Below, piece after piece: positions 1 through 9,285 of a stretch of DNA of 64,000 bases. The number at the start of each line of letters is the position of its first letter. Within the stretch, counting starts at the first letter, position 1. Origin of the DNA: Candidatus Micrarchaeota archaeon. Lineage in GTDB: Archaea > Micrarchaeota > Micrarchaeia > Anstonellales > Bilamarchaeaceae. The stretch covers positions 1,152 through 65,151 of the forward strand of contig JBBSVN010000011.1 of NCBI GenBank assembly GCA_038046765.1. Direction: 5' to 3'. The notes under the pieces are model-generated. The model was not told the DNA's origin. It worked only from the letters and a program-made list of their open reading frames with translations, and ran no database searches. Made by a program: the position numbers and the translations under genes.

Positions 1-330
1 ATGACAGAACAACCAAAAGTGGAAGTAGCAAGAACAGAAGTGCACACAGTAGGTATGAAAAGAGACGAAAACACCATATACGTAGGAAAAAAGGGAACTA
101 TGGGGTATGTACTAGCTGTTGTAACTCAATTCAATAACAATGCATCAGAAGTAGCTGTTAAAGCTCGTGGCAAATTAATTTCAAGGGCAGTTGATGTAGT
201 TGAAATCGTAAGAAATCGTTTTATGCCAAATTCAACTATAACTGACATAAAAATTAAAACTGAAGAACTTACTTCAGAAGATGGAAGTAAGAACAAAGTT
301 TCTGCAATTGAAATAACTTTAAAGAAATAA
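1..330 (+). CDS. albA: Alba (Sac10b) DNA/RNA-binding protein
   Basis: 109-aa ORF. Core [16 protein letters not shown]...[22 protein letters not shown] matches the Alba family signature (KARG..IS.AVD..EIVRNRF). Confidence 0.9.
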   Translation: MTEQPKVEVARTEVHTVGMKRDENTIYVGKKGTMGYVLAVVTQFNNNASEVAVKARGKLISRAVDVVEIVRNRFMPNSTITDIKIKTEELTSEDGSKNKVSAIEITLKK

Positions 331-424
331 ATAATTAGCTTTGTGCATTAAGCCTTGGGCAATGAGCTACGAAACTAATTGGCTCACCGCTCAAGGCTCA
401 CCGCTCATTGCAATTGGTTCTACT
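331..424 (+). repeat. Diverged copy C of the ~105-nt intergenic element (see 20048 and 26905)
   Basis: gtgcattaagccttgggcaatgagctacgaaactaattggctcaccgctcaaggctcaccgctca...ggttctactATGg aligns colinearly with copies A and B. Like them it runs from the upstream stop codon to a tactATGg start context. Confidence 0.6.
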
Positions 425-1042
425 ATGGTCTTAATGCTCGACACGCATGGCGTGCTTTTAACATTGCTCTTTGGTGTAATAATTTACTTCGCGGGAGGTA
501 TGCCTTATTTAGCCTCAATCCTAATTTTTCTTATAATTGCCGTTTCTGTTACCAAATACGAAAATATTGCCAAAAAAGAATTGGGTGTTTACGAACATGA
601 ACGCGGCTGGGAAAATGTTTTTTCAAATGGTTTAATTCCAACTGCTTTGGCAGTTTTAAATCCTTGGCTAGGTTTTATGCCATATGTTTGCTCTATTGCA
701 GCAATAACTGCTGATAAGTTCGGTTCTGAAATCGGGGTCATTGAAAAAAATGCTTTTGATCTTAGGACTTTTAAAACAATCAAATCGGGTAAAAGCGGTG
801 CCGTAAGTGTACTAGGTACCCTTGCTTCATTATCTGGTTCTACGATTGTGGGTTTAAGTGCGATGCTTCTTTTTAACGTAACACCTACTACTGCGTTAAT
901 TATCGGAATAATTGGTTTTCTTGGTTCCTTTGTTGATAGTATCTTTGGGATTTTTGAAGAAATGGGAATCGGTACTAAGGCTACAACAAATTTGGCGTGT
1001 TCGATTGCTGGCGCATTACTTGGGTACTGGTTTTTAAAATAA
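425..1042 (+). CDS. DUF92/TMEM19-family integral membrane protein
   Basis: Polytopic hydrophobic ORF with a KSGKSGAVSVLGTLASLSGS motif typical of DUF92. The tracked start at 341 (TTG) lies inside the repeat element. ATG 425 sits in the same tactATGg context as the L30e and L29 starts, so it is preferred. Confidence 0.6.
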   Translation: MVLMLDTHGVLLTLLFGVIIYFAGGMPYLASILIFLIIAVSVTKYENIAKKELGVYEHERGWENVFSNGLIPTALAVLNPWLGFMPYVCSIAAITADKFGSEIGVIEKNAFDLRTFKTIKSGKSGAVSVLGTLASLSGSTIVGLSAMLLFNVTPTTALIIGIIGFLGSFVDSIFGIFEEMGIGTKATTNLACSIAGALLGYWFLK

Positions 1043-1061
1043 ATTATAATTAATATTTGAT

Positions 1062-1637
1062 ATGACAATTCATAAAACTAATCGAACTGGTCTAAGCTTA
1101 GTACCAAATAATTCTTCTAATCCAAGTCCGCAAAGTTCGGGGAAACCTATGGCTGATAAAAACAAACAAACGGTAAAAATGTCACGTGCAGAAATTATTG
1201 CAATTCTAAAACAACAAGGCAGAAACTGGAACGATGAAGTTGCTGATGTTTTAAAAATTCCTGAATTTGCTTATGTATTAGATGAGTCGGAAACAAGTCG
1301 TTTATTGTTAATTTCAAGCGAAAATAATCTGGATATTGTGCGTACAGTAGCGAACGCAGTTACAATATCCGGAGGATCATTTCCAAAAGAAATCCCAAAA
1401 TATGGAATTGCATTAACTGGTGTTGGAAGTTATACTTACCTTGTTTTTATTGATAGAGAAAAAAGAGTTGTTGATGTAGAAGTTTTATTTAGTTTACATG
1501 CAAAACAAAGGGATCAAGATTGGCAGGATATTGCACAAAAAGTTAAAGATGCAATTACCGAAGCTTCGAAAAATCAAAAAGGAGTTTTAGTAACCGGTGC
1601 TACTTCAAGAAGAATTGCATTTGCCCAAAAAGAATAA
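1062..1637 (+). CDS. Hypothetical protein (191 aa)
   Basis: ORF with no recognisable motif. Convergent with the giant gene; the two stop codons are 6 nt apart. Confidence 0.5.
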   Translation: MTIHKTNRTGLSLVPNNSSNPSPQSSGKPMADKNKQTVKMSRAEIIAILKQQGRNWNDEVADVLKIPEFAYVLDESETSRLLLISSENNLDIVRTVANAVTISGGSFPKEIPKYGIALTGVGSYTYLVFIDREKRVVDVEVLFSLHAKQRDQDWQDIAQKVKDAITEASKNQKGVLVTGATSRRIAFAQKE

Positions 1638-1643
1638 AATTAC

Positions 1644-4600
1644 CTAATCTTCTTCGATTAAGTGTTGAGGAACTTTAGATAATATATCATTCCAAAGCTG
1701 TCCCCCGCTTCCTTTAGAAATTCGTCCAAGGAACTGATAAAATGCTTCTACACCCTCTCTTGCTACGAATTTTGTTCTACCATCAACATAATCGACAGAT
1801 GTTCTAGGATTTCCATTAATCGGCATTCCAAAATTAGCATTATTTATCTCAACTTCGTCTCGGTAAACTTTTTCACCTGCTTCTATGAGGGCTTTTTGCT
1901 CTGGGGTAAGTATTTTTTCAAGACCAATACTTACTGGTTTACCATCATGTTCTTGGAATTTTCGTGCCATCCCAGATGCAAAACTTCCTGTTTTACCAAT
2001 CGAATCATACCACTTTTTAGCCCCTTCTTTTATGTGTTCTGTTGCAAATGCCATTACTTGAGGTATCGAAGAGTTTGTTGTTTTAGCGATTCGATCGAAT
2101 ATTCTATGCATGTCTCCCTTCGCGGACCATTTTACCATGGCGCTAAAATCATGACTGCCATCATACTGCTTAACTGACTGGAAATGGCCTGCTGAATCCA
2201 GGTCAATTCTTCCAAATTTAAAAATCATTTTTCTTCCTGTTGCATCAGTAAATGTTGTGCGCCCTTTACTTTCTAAAAATGTAGCGTCGCTTGGTGAAAC
2301 CTCTAACATCATCGCCCAAAGGTTAAGTTCGTGTCCATCCCATAATCCGCTTGCAAGGCTGCCTGTTTGTGCATATCCCATTTCCTGCCAGAATAAATCA
2401 GGATGCTCTTCCAATATATATTTTAAAATCGGCTCGTCATGCATACTAGTAATATTACTTGCAGATGCAGTCTTAACCTGTATTTTCTTTCCCTCTAGAA
2501 CCAATGATCCTTCAAAATCCTGCATACTCTCCATTAACCCGTATTTTGTTTTTCTTCCTTCGCTAGTAAATTCCAGAGCTTTGCCGCCTGCCTTTGTGAT
2601 GACTTTTGGTGCTGGTATCCCGGCAGTTTTAGCTCCAATAGAACCAAGCTCATCAGCAGTAAGGTCCATTGTTTTTAAGAAAAGAGATTTGATTTTTCCT
2701 TCTGGAGTAATTATCTTAATTTCGTAAGCACCAGTAAGCCCCCCTAGACTAGCAATAGATTCGATTCTACTCTGAGCTGGAATTCCTTCTATTGCACCAG
2801 TTGAGACGTGGTCAGAAAGTTTTCCATTTGTACTAAAATCTAAAATTTTTGAGGTTGATTCTTCACCAGCTATAATTTTAAATCCAAGTTTTCCTTCAAT
2901 AAGTTTATGGAAATTTTCCGTTATTCCTTTGCCCATATAATCTTCGTAAAATTCAACAAATTCGATTTCGCTTATTCCGACCTTTGCTGCAATTTTTTCA
3001 AGTTTTAAATATGTTTGTCCATCGGCAGCGAGTAATGATGCGGTCATAATTTCCTGTCTTTTGTCTAATTCAGCAAGTATTGCTGTTCTTTCTTCCACAG
3101 GTAATTCCAGAAATTTTCTTAGCAGTGCAACCTTTTCTACGTTGTTACTAGCTTTTTTATAATCATCTGCAAATTCATAGGATAATCTTTCATGCGCAGT
3201 TAGTTCGATTACTTTACCTTCTGGAGCAGCAGTATCTCGTGTGGCATCGTCAAATTTACTTTTTTGCCTTATCTTTTCACTAGAAACTACACCAACATCT
3301 TCATACATACCAATTAGTTCTGACCTTGAAACTCCATGTTCATCTGCAAGTTTAATCATTTTTCCAAAGTTAGAAATATAAGTTTCAAGTTTTCTAGCCC
3401 CAATTTCGTTTCCAGATTTTCTTAATTTTGCAACTTCAGTTTGTTGTTGTTCTGGTGAAAGTTCTAGGAATTTTTTAAATTCCCTTAACCTTACTTCTGG
3501 TGCAAATATACCTACAATTAGATTTACTTTAACTTCTTCAACTACGTGTAATACGGGAGCTTTAGTTGGTTCTTCTATATTCCTTTTAGGCGTATCCACA
3601 ATCGTCTGCTCTGGTTCTGGTATTCCACGTATTTTTCTTAGAAACGGATTTAATCCTTCAGTTACTTTTAGACCTTCGAGTCCAGCCATTTTTGGAGCGC
3701 CAATTACTTCTATTATTTTGCCGCTTTCTCTAATGTCTAATAAAATGGTAAATGGTTTGCCCTTTTCAATAATTTGGCTTGATAAAGATTGTGGATTTCC
3801 AAAAGCAAGTATCTTACCTGTTTGAGGGTCATAATATCCATTAACTGCAAGTCTGTCTGATCTTGCATTTCCATCCATTGATTCGGATTTAATCATATCT
3901 CTAAAACTTCCAGTAACTTCCTGTTTTCTAAGGTCAAATATAATTAGTGCATTTTCAAATGCGATCGTATCTGGTGGTCTAGTAAAATGTTCCCTCATCC
4001 TTTTTTGTAGTTCTTCTGGTAATGACCCAACTCTTTTTTCAAATTCTGAACGAGTAAGTAAAATTGGCTTAGCTTTATCTTTAACTGAAGCAGATAAACG
4101 CGGTTCATTGCTTGTTGCTGCATCGGGTCTTAATGTTGGTTCAATTACAGTAGGTTCAAAAACCGCCCCAAGAGTTGCGCTTCCGCGTTCATCACCCGCA
4201 ACAGCTTTTAGTTTTCCTCCGACTTTTTTATAAACTCCTTTTGCGCCTTCGCTTGTTGCAGTTTTAAATGCAGCTCGAGCTGGATGTCCAAGTGGTTGCA
4301 GAGTTGAAAATGCACCAATTATCGCGTCAAATCCGTGACCAGCCTCATACGCTTCAACCGCGTCTTTTAATCCAACAACAGTGCCAGCTGCTAAACTCCC
4401 TACGCCAACAACGCCTTCCAGAGTCTTTGCTCCTTTTATCCCTAAATTTGCTAGTTTTCCAATTCCAGGAGTTGCTAAACCTGCACCAAAAAGAGCAACA
4501 TCAATCGCGCGTACTTTTCCAGTAGTATCATATTGCGCAGCTAAACCTTCTGCACTAGTAGCTAGTCCATAAACAGGAAACGCCATCGAAAGAACGGTGG

Positions 4601-5717
4601 TTGTAGCAGACTTTAAACTCCGGTAAGCTTCGGACGCTTTAATTTCTCTAGCTAAACGAATATCTATTGCTTCGCCATTTGTTTTCCAAAGCGATGCATT
4701 ATCTTCACGTTCAACATTTGTTTTTGCGCTTCTAGCAGTTTGGAAATTTTCAAAAGTACTAAGTGTTGCCTGATACAATACTGCGCGATCCTTTTCGCTA
4801 TCAACAAGAAGATGCGTGTCCTTTACTCTTTCAAAAGTTTTATTTGCGCTTTCAATTTGATTTGCCAAACTAGTTCCAATTTCTTTTCCTTTTGCAAGTG
4901 CGATTAAATACTGTGCCTGAATTTTACAAACTTGTTCTAGATTGATTCCGCCCATTCCATTTTCCAGGATTTTTTCATCTCGCGAAAAGCCATAAGCTAA
5001 ATTTGTAAATGCCTTTGTTATTCTCTGCTCTAAATCTTTTGAAGCATCTGGTACGTAATCAAGAGCGTGGTCTGCAACCATCCGAAAATCAATTGAAACT
5101 CCTTTGAAATAATCTTCTCTTTTCCTTCGTTCAACACTAGATAAAATTCCAGACCAGCGCTCACTTCCCTGAACTTGCAATGCAATATTTTCTACCTCCG
5201 TGCTTTTTGAAATTGCAGCTATTGCAACGCTCCAAGCTGTTGTGTGAAGGACATATTCATCTTTGGTTTTGTCAAAACCCTTATCTCGTACCTGTGCAAC
5301 CTGTCCCTGCGCGTCTTTTATTATTTTATCAAGAAGGGCAATTGATGCAGGATTACTTGTAGCAGATTTCATTTTGGTTGCTTGGTCAATGTAGCCTTGG
5401 GCATTTTGAGTAACGCGAGTAATTGCTGCCGAGTTTATTCCTGCCTGCATTTCTACTCTTAACGCTGCTGTCTTTTCTATAGCTGATTTTGTAATCTCAT
5501 CTGCTTTTTGTATATTTCCTTTTTTATAAAAAGCTAATGCGTTTTCCAATTGACTGCGTAACTCTTGCACTGGTTTAGAAACGCCATTTAATTCACCTAA
5601 TGCTTTAGATACGAATGCGATTTTTTGTTTTAATACCTGTTCATTTGCATTTGCAAGTTTGAAGCTAGGCTTATTAACAGTTAAATCTTCGCCTTCTCCG
5701 ACTTGCCTTAAAACCAA
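1644..5717 (-). CDS. Giant (1357 aa) multi-domain protein of unknown function
   Basis: Single uninterrupted ORF with an apparent TTG start. Order: helical Q/A/K-rich N-terminus, Gly/Ala-rich hydrophobic segment (aa ~373-476), two copies of a ~60-aa helical module (aa ~745-806 and ~865-926), C-terminal globular region with LWDGHELN and GRIDLDSAGH motifs. No N-terminal signal peptide. Confidence 0.8.
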   Translation of the reverse strand: MVLRQVGEGEDLTVNKPSFKLANANEQVLKQKIAFVSKALGELNGVSKPVQELRSQLENALAFYKKGNIQKADEITKSAIEKTAALRVEMQAGINSAAITRVTQNAQGYIDQATKMKSATSNPASIALLDKIIKDAQGQVAQVRDKGFDKTKDEYVLHTTAWSVAIAAISKSTEVENIALQVQGSERWSGILSSVERRKREDYFKGVSIDFRMVADHALDYVPDASKDLEQRITKAFTNLAYGFSRDEKILENGMGGINLEQVCKIQAQYLIALAKGKEIGTSLANQIESANKTFERVKDTHLLVDSEKDRAVLYQATLSTFENFQTARSAKTNVEREDNASLWKTNGEAIDIRLAREIKASEAYRSLKSATTTVLSMAFPVYGLATSAEGLAAQYDTTGKVRAIDVALFGAGLATPGIGKLANLGIKGAKTLEGVVGVGSLAAGTVVGLKDAVEAYEAGHGFDAIIGAFSTLQPLGHPARAAFKTATSEGAKGVYKKVGGKLKAVAGDERGSATLGAVFEPTVIEPTLRPDAATSNEPRLSASVKDKAKPILLTRSEFEKRVGSLPEELQKRMREHFTRPPDTIAFENALIIFDLRKQEVTGSFRDMIKSESMDGNARSDRLAVNGYYDPQTGKILAFGNPQSLSSQIIEKGKPFTILLDIRESGKIIEVIGAPKMAGLEGLKVTEGLNPFLRKIRGIPEPEQTIVDTPKRNIEEPTKAPVLHVVEEVKVNLIVGIFAPEVRLREFKKFLELSPEQQQTEVAKLRKSGNEIGARKLETYISNFGKMIKLADEHGVSRSELIGMYEDVGVVSSEKIRQKSKFDDATRDTAAPEGKVIELTAHERLSYEFADDYKKASNNVEKVALLRKFLELPVEERTAILAELDKRQEIMTASLLAADGQTYLKLEKIAAKVGISEIEFVEFYEDYMGKGITENFHKLIEGKLGFKIIAGEESTSKILDFSTNGKLSDHVSTGAIEGIPAQSRIESIASLGGLTGAYEIKIITPEGKIKSLFLKTMDLTADELGSIGAKTAGIPAPKVITKAGGKALEFTSEGRKTKYGLMESMQDFEGSLVLEGKKIQVKTASASNITSMHDEPILKYILEEHPDLFWQEMGYAQTGSLASGLWDGHELNLWAMMLEVSPSDATFLESKGRTTFTDATGRKMIFKFGRIDLDSAGHFQSVKQYDGSHDFSAMVKWSAKGDMHRIFDRIAKTTNSSIPQVMAFATEHIKEGAKKWYDSIGKTGSFASGMARKFQEHDGKPVSIGLEKILTPEQKALIEAGEKVYRDEVEINNANFGMPINGNPRTSVDYVDGRTKFVAREGVEAFYQFLGRISKGSGGQLWNDILSKVPQHLIEED

Positions 5718-5841
5718 AATAAATCCCTGTTCTTATCTAATAAGGAAATAATTAAGTGTATTTGATATTTAAAAAGAATCTCTGAACTATAATTTGTTAT
5801 AATAATTAGATTTAAAAGGTTAATCTAATAAATACTAGTAC

Positions 5842-7422
5842 ATGACAAAAACCAAAACTTTGAAATACACCGCTTCGCATCCAGTTATTGCTACAATTGC
5901 ATTAGCTTCAACTTTATTTTTTAACAAACCATTATATGCCGAACAATCAAATAATCCTGATGCAGTAAAAACTCAAAAACAACAAGAAATTAAACCATTC
6001 GTAGCAGTTATAAATTTAAAACCATTCTTAGAACAATGTAAACTTAAAGAATGTAAAAAAATTCTCAAAAAAGTCCCTCCAGATAAATTACTAGTGAATA
6101 TTCGATTTGAATATGATTTGGTTAAATCTGCAGTTCATTCTCCAGAAGGATTTTCAGATACTTTTTTCGATTTTCTAGTTTCAAGACTAACTCTTAACGA
6201 TTCTGAAGCAAAACTATTCGCACCAATCTATAATGCGCTTTCAAAATATGTTCTAACATATAATTTTCCAATAATAATTAATCAAATGAAAGAATATCTT
6301 AAAATGCATGAATCGGATATCGCTCCTGCGATAATTGGGTCTAAATCTGTAGTGTCTGGACCGACTGTCCCTGTATCTGCTTCTAAAGAACCAGCAAAAT
6401 CCCTAACTGGTGTGGCTACTAAAGCACCTGTGACAATTCCACCTGTAACTCCACAATTAGTTAATCTAAGAAGAAACGAATTATTTTCATCACGCTTAGC
6501 TGATGGTCGATTTGTTTTAACTAACGAATTTGGAAAAAATGATTGGAAACTTCCTTCTGAACAAGAAGTTGGTTCTACAACTAACCAGACTTCTGTATTA
6601 GTGTGGGCTCTAAACGGTAGAAATCTGCATTTTGGGCTAAACGGATCCTTTGGTTTCTATTCCACAAGTCAGAGTATTAATTCGAATAATTGCAATGGAA
6701 CTTCTGGTTGCATGTCAAGCACAATCGATCCATTTTATGTTTTTGGTGGTGGGCCAGCTCTTAAATTAATTTTAGAACCTGGTTCAGTAAAAATAAAAAC
6801 TTTTGTAAACGTAAATGCGCTTTATCGAACTTCCTTTGGCGTATTAAGTACTGATGAAAATGCAGCATTTACCAGAATGACTCAGGCAATATTTCCTTCA
6901 CGCCTGTTGATTGATTTGGATATTGTTCAAACCATTGGTGCAGGTCAATTAGATATTGGTTTACTAGCTAGAGTTTCCACACAATATTCTTCACTTGTAA
7001 AAGATGCTTCTTTAACTTTGGATATTTCTAAGTGGCATGCTTCAATAGACTATCACGTATCTAATCCACCAGCCGCAAGCGCAAGCGTGGTCGGAACAAT
7101 TGATTTTGAAAATTCAGTCATTCGATCTTTACGAGCTGTAGTTGATTATCGATTTTTAGGACCCCTATCAGTTGGTTTGGGTTTCGATCGGGCATGGTTT
7201 GCAACAAACCCCGTTAATTATAATGGTGCCTTAGCAAGATTACTTGTCCAAATCGGTCCGGTTACTTTGGGTACCGATGGAATATATTATCCAGCAACAA
7301 AGGATTTTGCGATATTTTCTACATTAAATTTTAGCTTTGGGCGTTACTTTGTTGGTAGTAAAGTCTCCAGAAATCCGTTTAATAATTATGGCGTAACAAA
7401 TAATTCACATTTAGTATATTAA
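5842..7422 (+). CDS. Secreted protein with beta-rich, porin-like C-terminal half
   Basis: N-terminal signal-like segment (HPVIATIALASTLFFNKPLYA|EQ). Pro/Val/Thr linker. The C-terminal ~300 aa show alternating hydrophobic/polar strands (LHFGLNGSFGFYS, ALKLILEPGSVKIKTFVNVNALY, RAVVDYRFLGPLSVGLGF). Ends in ...HLVY. Confidence 0.6.
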   Translation: MTKTKTLKYTASHPVIATIALASTLFFNKPLYAEQSNNPDAVKTQKQQEIKPFVAVINLKPFLEQCKLKECKKILKKVPPDKLLVNIRFEYDLVKSAVHSPEGFSDTFFDFLVSRLTLNDSEAKLFAPIYNALSKYVLTYNFPIIINQMKEYLKMHESDIAPAIIGSKSVVSGPTVPVSASKEPAKSLTGVATKAPVTIPPVTPQLVNLRRNELFSSRLADGRFVLTNEFGKNDWKLPSEQEVGSTTNQTSVLVWALNGRNLHFGLNGSFGFYSTSQSINSNNCNGTSGCMSSTIDPFYVFGGGPALKLILEPGSVKIKTFVNVNALYRTSFGVLSTDENAAFTRMTQAIFPSRLLIDLDIVQTIGAGQLDIGLLARVSTQYSSLVKDASLTLDISKWHASIDYHVSNPPAASASVVGTIDFENSVIRSLRAVVDYRFLGPLSVGLGFDRAWFATNPVNYNGALARLLVQIGPVTLGTDGIYYPATKDFAIFSTLNFSFGRYFVGSKVSRNPFNNYGVTNNSHLVY

Positions 7423-7435
7423 AAAGGTATTAGTT

Positions 7436-9199
7436 ATGACAACACTTCGATCATCAAAAGAACAAATTGGAAATCCAGTAATTAGCGCCGCAAAAAGAAC
7501 TTTGAGGGAAGCTGTTCTTGCCTTAGGATTTAGTTCTGCTATTCTTGGTTCTAGTATATTATCTGGTTGTGGCGCAGAAGTTCCAAAAATAACTAGCAGC
7601 AAAACAACATCTAAAAATCCAGATGCAAGTGTTGATGCTTCATTGCCAAAAGATTCACAAGTTTTAGAAGACGCAACAGTTACAAACGATTCAGCAGTTG
7701 ATGCTTTTGATGATGATGGAAATTCATCTGATGCGCAATCATTGGATGCGATGGGAGATGGAACAATCGATGCACAATTAGATGCAATAGATGCACGCGT
7801 TCCAAATGATGCAAGAATGGACGCACGAGCTGATGGCGGAGTTGATGCTTCACGCGATGGTAATATCGATTCACAAATTGATTCAACAGTTGATGGAAGT
7901 AATGATTCAATGACAGATGCAATCGATGCCCCAATTCCAGATGCGAACGATGGTGGTTTAGACGCACGCGACGGTGCAATAATTTCACAAGATCGTGGAA
8001 TTGATTCTAATAATTTTACTGAAGCAGGAATTGATACAGGAATGGATGCACCAATAGATGCAATGACAATTACTCCTGATGCACCAAGTGATGTTTCTGT
8101 ACAACCAATTGACTCAGCACCAGACATGATGGTTACGCCTCCAGATCGGTCAAATCCAAATGATATTTTATCCGTAGATGCTCCAAGAGATATTTTACCT
8201 CCTGATACTTTATCCCCCGATGCAATGGCTGATGCAAGAACTTGTAACAACGTGGTTGCTTCATGGTCAGGTTTTTTACAAGTAACATTTTCAAATCCAA
8301 TTCTAGCAGGGATTACAAAGGAATTAGTGCTTCCTAATTACAATATATATCCTGGTTTCTCGTCAAACTTAAATGAATTAAGAGTTGAAGAAGGTATTTG
8401 CTACGAAGGAACTGGAAATTTTAATTCACATTGGGCTACAACATATAATTCTACGGAAACATTAGTAATGCAAAAAATGCGAACTACTGGAAATAATGTG
8501 TCGGTATATTTTGCAAACCCTGGCGCGATAGATACATCAAATCTGCAAGGAACGTTTGTATTTTTTGATGCATTCCAAAATTCCGTTGCATGGGCTCCAA
8601 TTATTGGAAGAACTGGTTGTACAGTAAGCAATGGGCAAGCAACTTGCCTAATTGGTCAGCAATCATATCTGCAAAATTATTCTGTGCAATCAAGTAATGC
8701 TTCAGGAATTTTAGTTGAATCAATTATTTCTGGAGCGGGTCAGGGAATAGTTGGTTTAGCAAGCGTTGAAGATAATGATATTTATAGCACTGGCGATATT
8801 GTAAATGTTTTTGCAGTAAATAATGCCCCCAATAGCGGTATGATAAATGTTGCAGACCAAACTGGACCTGGAGGTACACAATATAGAACAAATCTAGTTG
8901 GATTACCAAGACCAAGAATGAACTTTAATATATTTGGGGCAGTAAAAACCGATGCAGATACTGCCTATGGAAGGGCGATTGTAAGTGGAATTCCTACAAT
9001 TGTTTCGATAACGAATACTCCAAATCTGCCATCATTTATACCTAGCGGATCAGAAACAATGGTTCCAGTTATAGGGGACACTGGTTTAGGAACTAGTACT
9101 TATACTGGTGGAATTTGGGGCAGGTCAGTTGACGTGCAATCAGTAACTGCTACTGCAACAATAACTTATGTTCCAAGACCAGTTACTTGTAGAGATTAG
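7436..9199 (+). CDS. Putative lipoprotein with a long Asp/Ala low-complexity region
   Basis: Lipobox-like ILSGC after a hydrophobic N-terminus. About 200 aa of D-A-x-x-D / P-D repeats (GATGCA-rich DNA). Then a ~320-aa beta-rich domain. Starts 14 nt after the upstream stop, so probably co-transcribed. Confidence 0.6.
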   Translation: MTTLRSSKEQIGNPVISAAKRTLREAVLALGFSSAILGSSILSGCGAEVPKITSSKTTSKNPDASVDASLPKDSQVLEDATVTNDSAVDAFDDDGNSSDAQSLDAMGDGTIDAQLDAIDARVPNDARMDARADGGVDASRDGNIDSQIDSTVDGSNDSMTDAIDAPIPDANDGGLDARDGAIISQDRGIDSNNFTEAGIDTGMDAPIDAMTITPDAPSDVSVQPIDSAPDMMVTPPDRSNPNDILSVDAPRDILPPDTLSPDAMADARTCNNVVASWSGFLQVTFSNPILAGITKELVLPNYNIYPGFSSNLNELRVEEGICYEGTGNFNSHWATTYNSTETLVMQKMRTTGNNVSVYFANPGAIDTSNLQGTFVFFDAFQNSVAWAPIIGRTGCTVSNGQATCLIGQQSYLQNYSVQSSNASGILVESIISGAGQGIVGLASVEDNDIYSTGDIVNVFAVNNAPNSGMINVADQTGPGGTQYRTNLVGLPRPRMNFNIFGAVKTDADTAYGRAIVSGIPTIVSITNTPNLPSFIPSGSETMVPVIGDTGLGTSTYTGGIWGRSVDVQSVTATATITYVPRPVTCRD

Positions 9200-9285
9200 A
9201 CTCTTCTTTTTAATTCTTTCTTTGGAATATATACTCGTTCAAATTAAAAAAATATTAAAAGTAGCTAAAAGTAGGTCTGATAATT

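Noticed and set aside
589-1068. 159-aa ORF antisense to the DUF92 membrane gene (with the overlapping 379-600 frame)
   Set aside because: It lies entirely within a better-supported, motif-bearing gene on the other strand and has no Shine-Dalgarno sequence or recognisable motif. This is typical of shadow ORFs.
7411-8250. 279-aa and 102-aa ORFs antisense to the lipoprotein gene
   Set aside because: They are a by-product of the GATGCA-type repeat, whose reverse complement (TGCATC) lacks stops. The product would be Ser/Ala/Ile low-complexity, whereas the sense strand has a signal peptide, a lipobox and a folded C-terminal domain.
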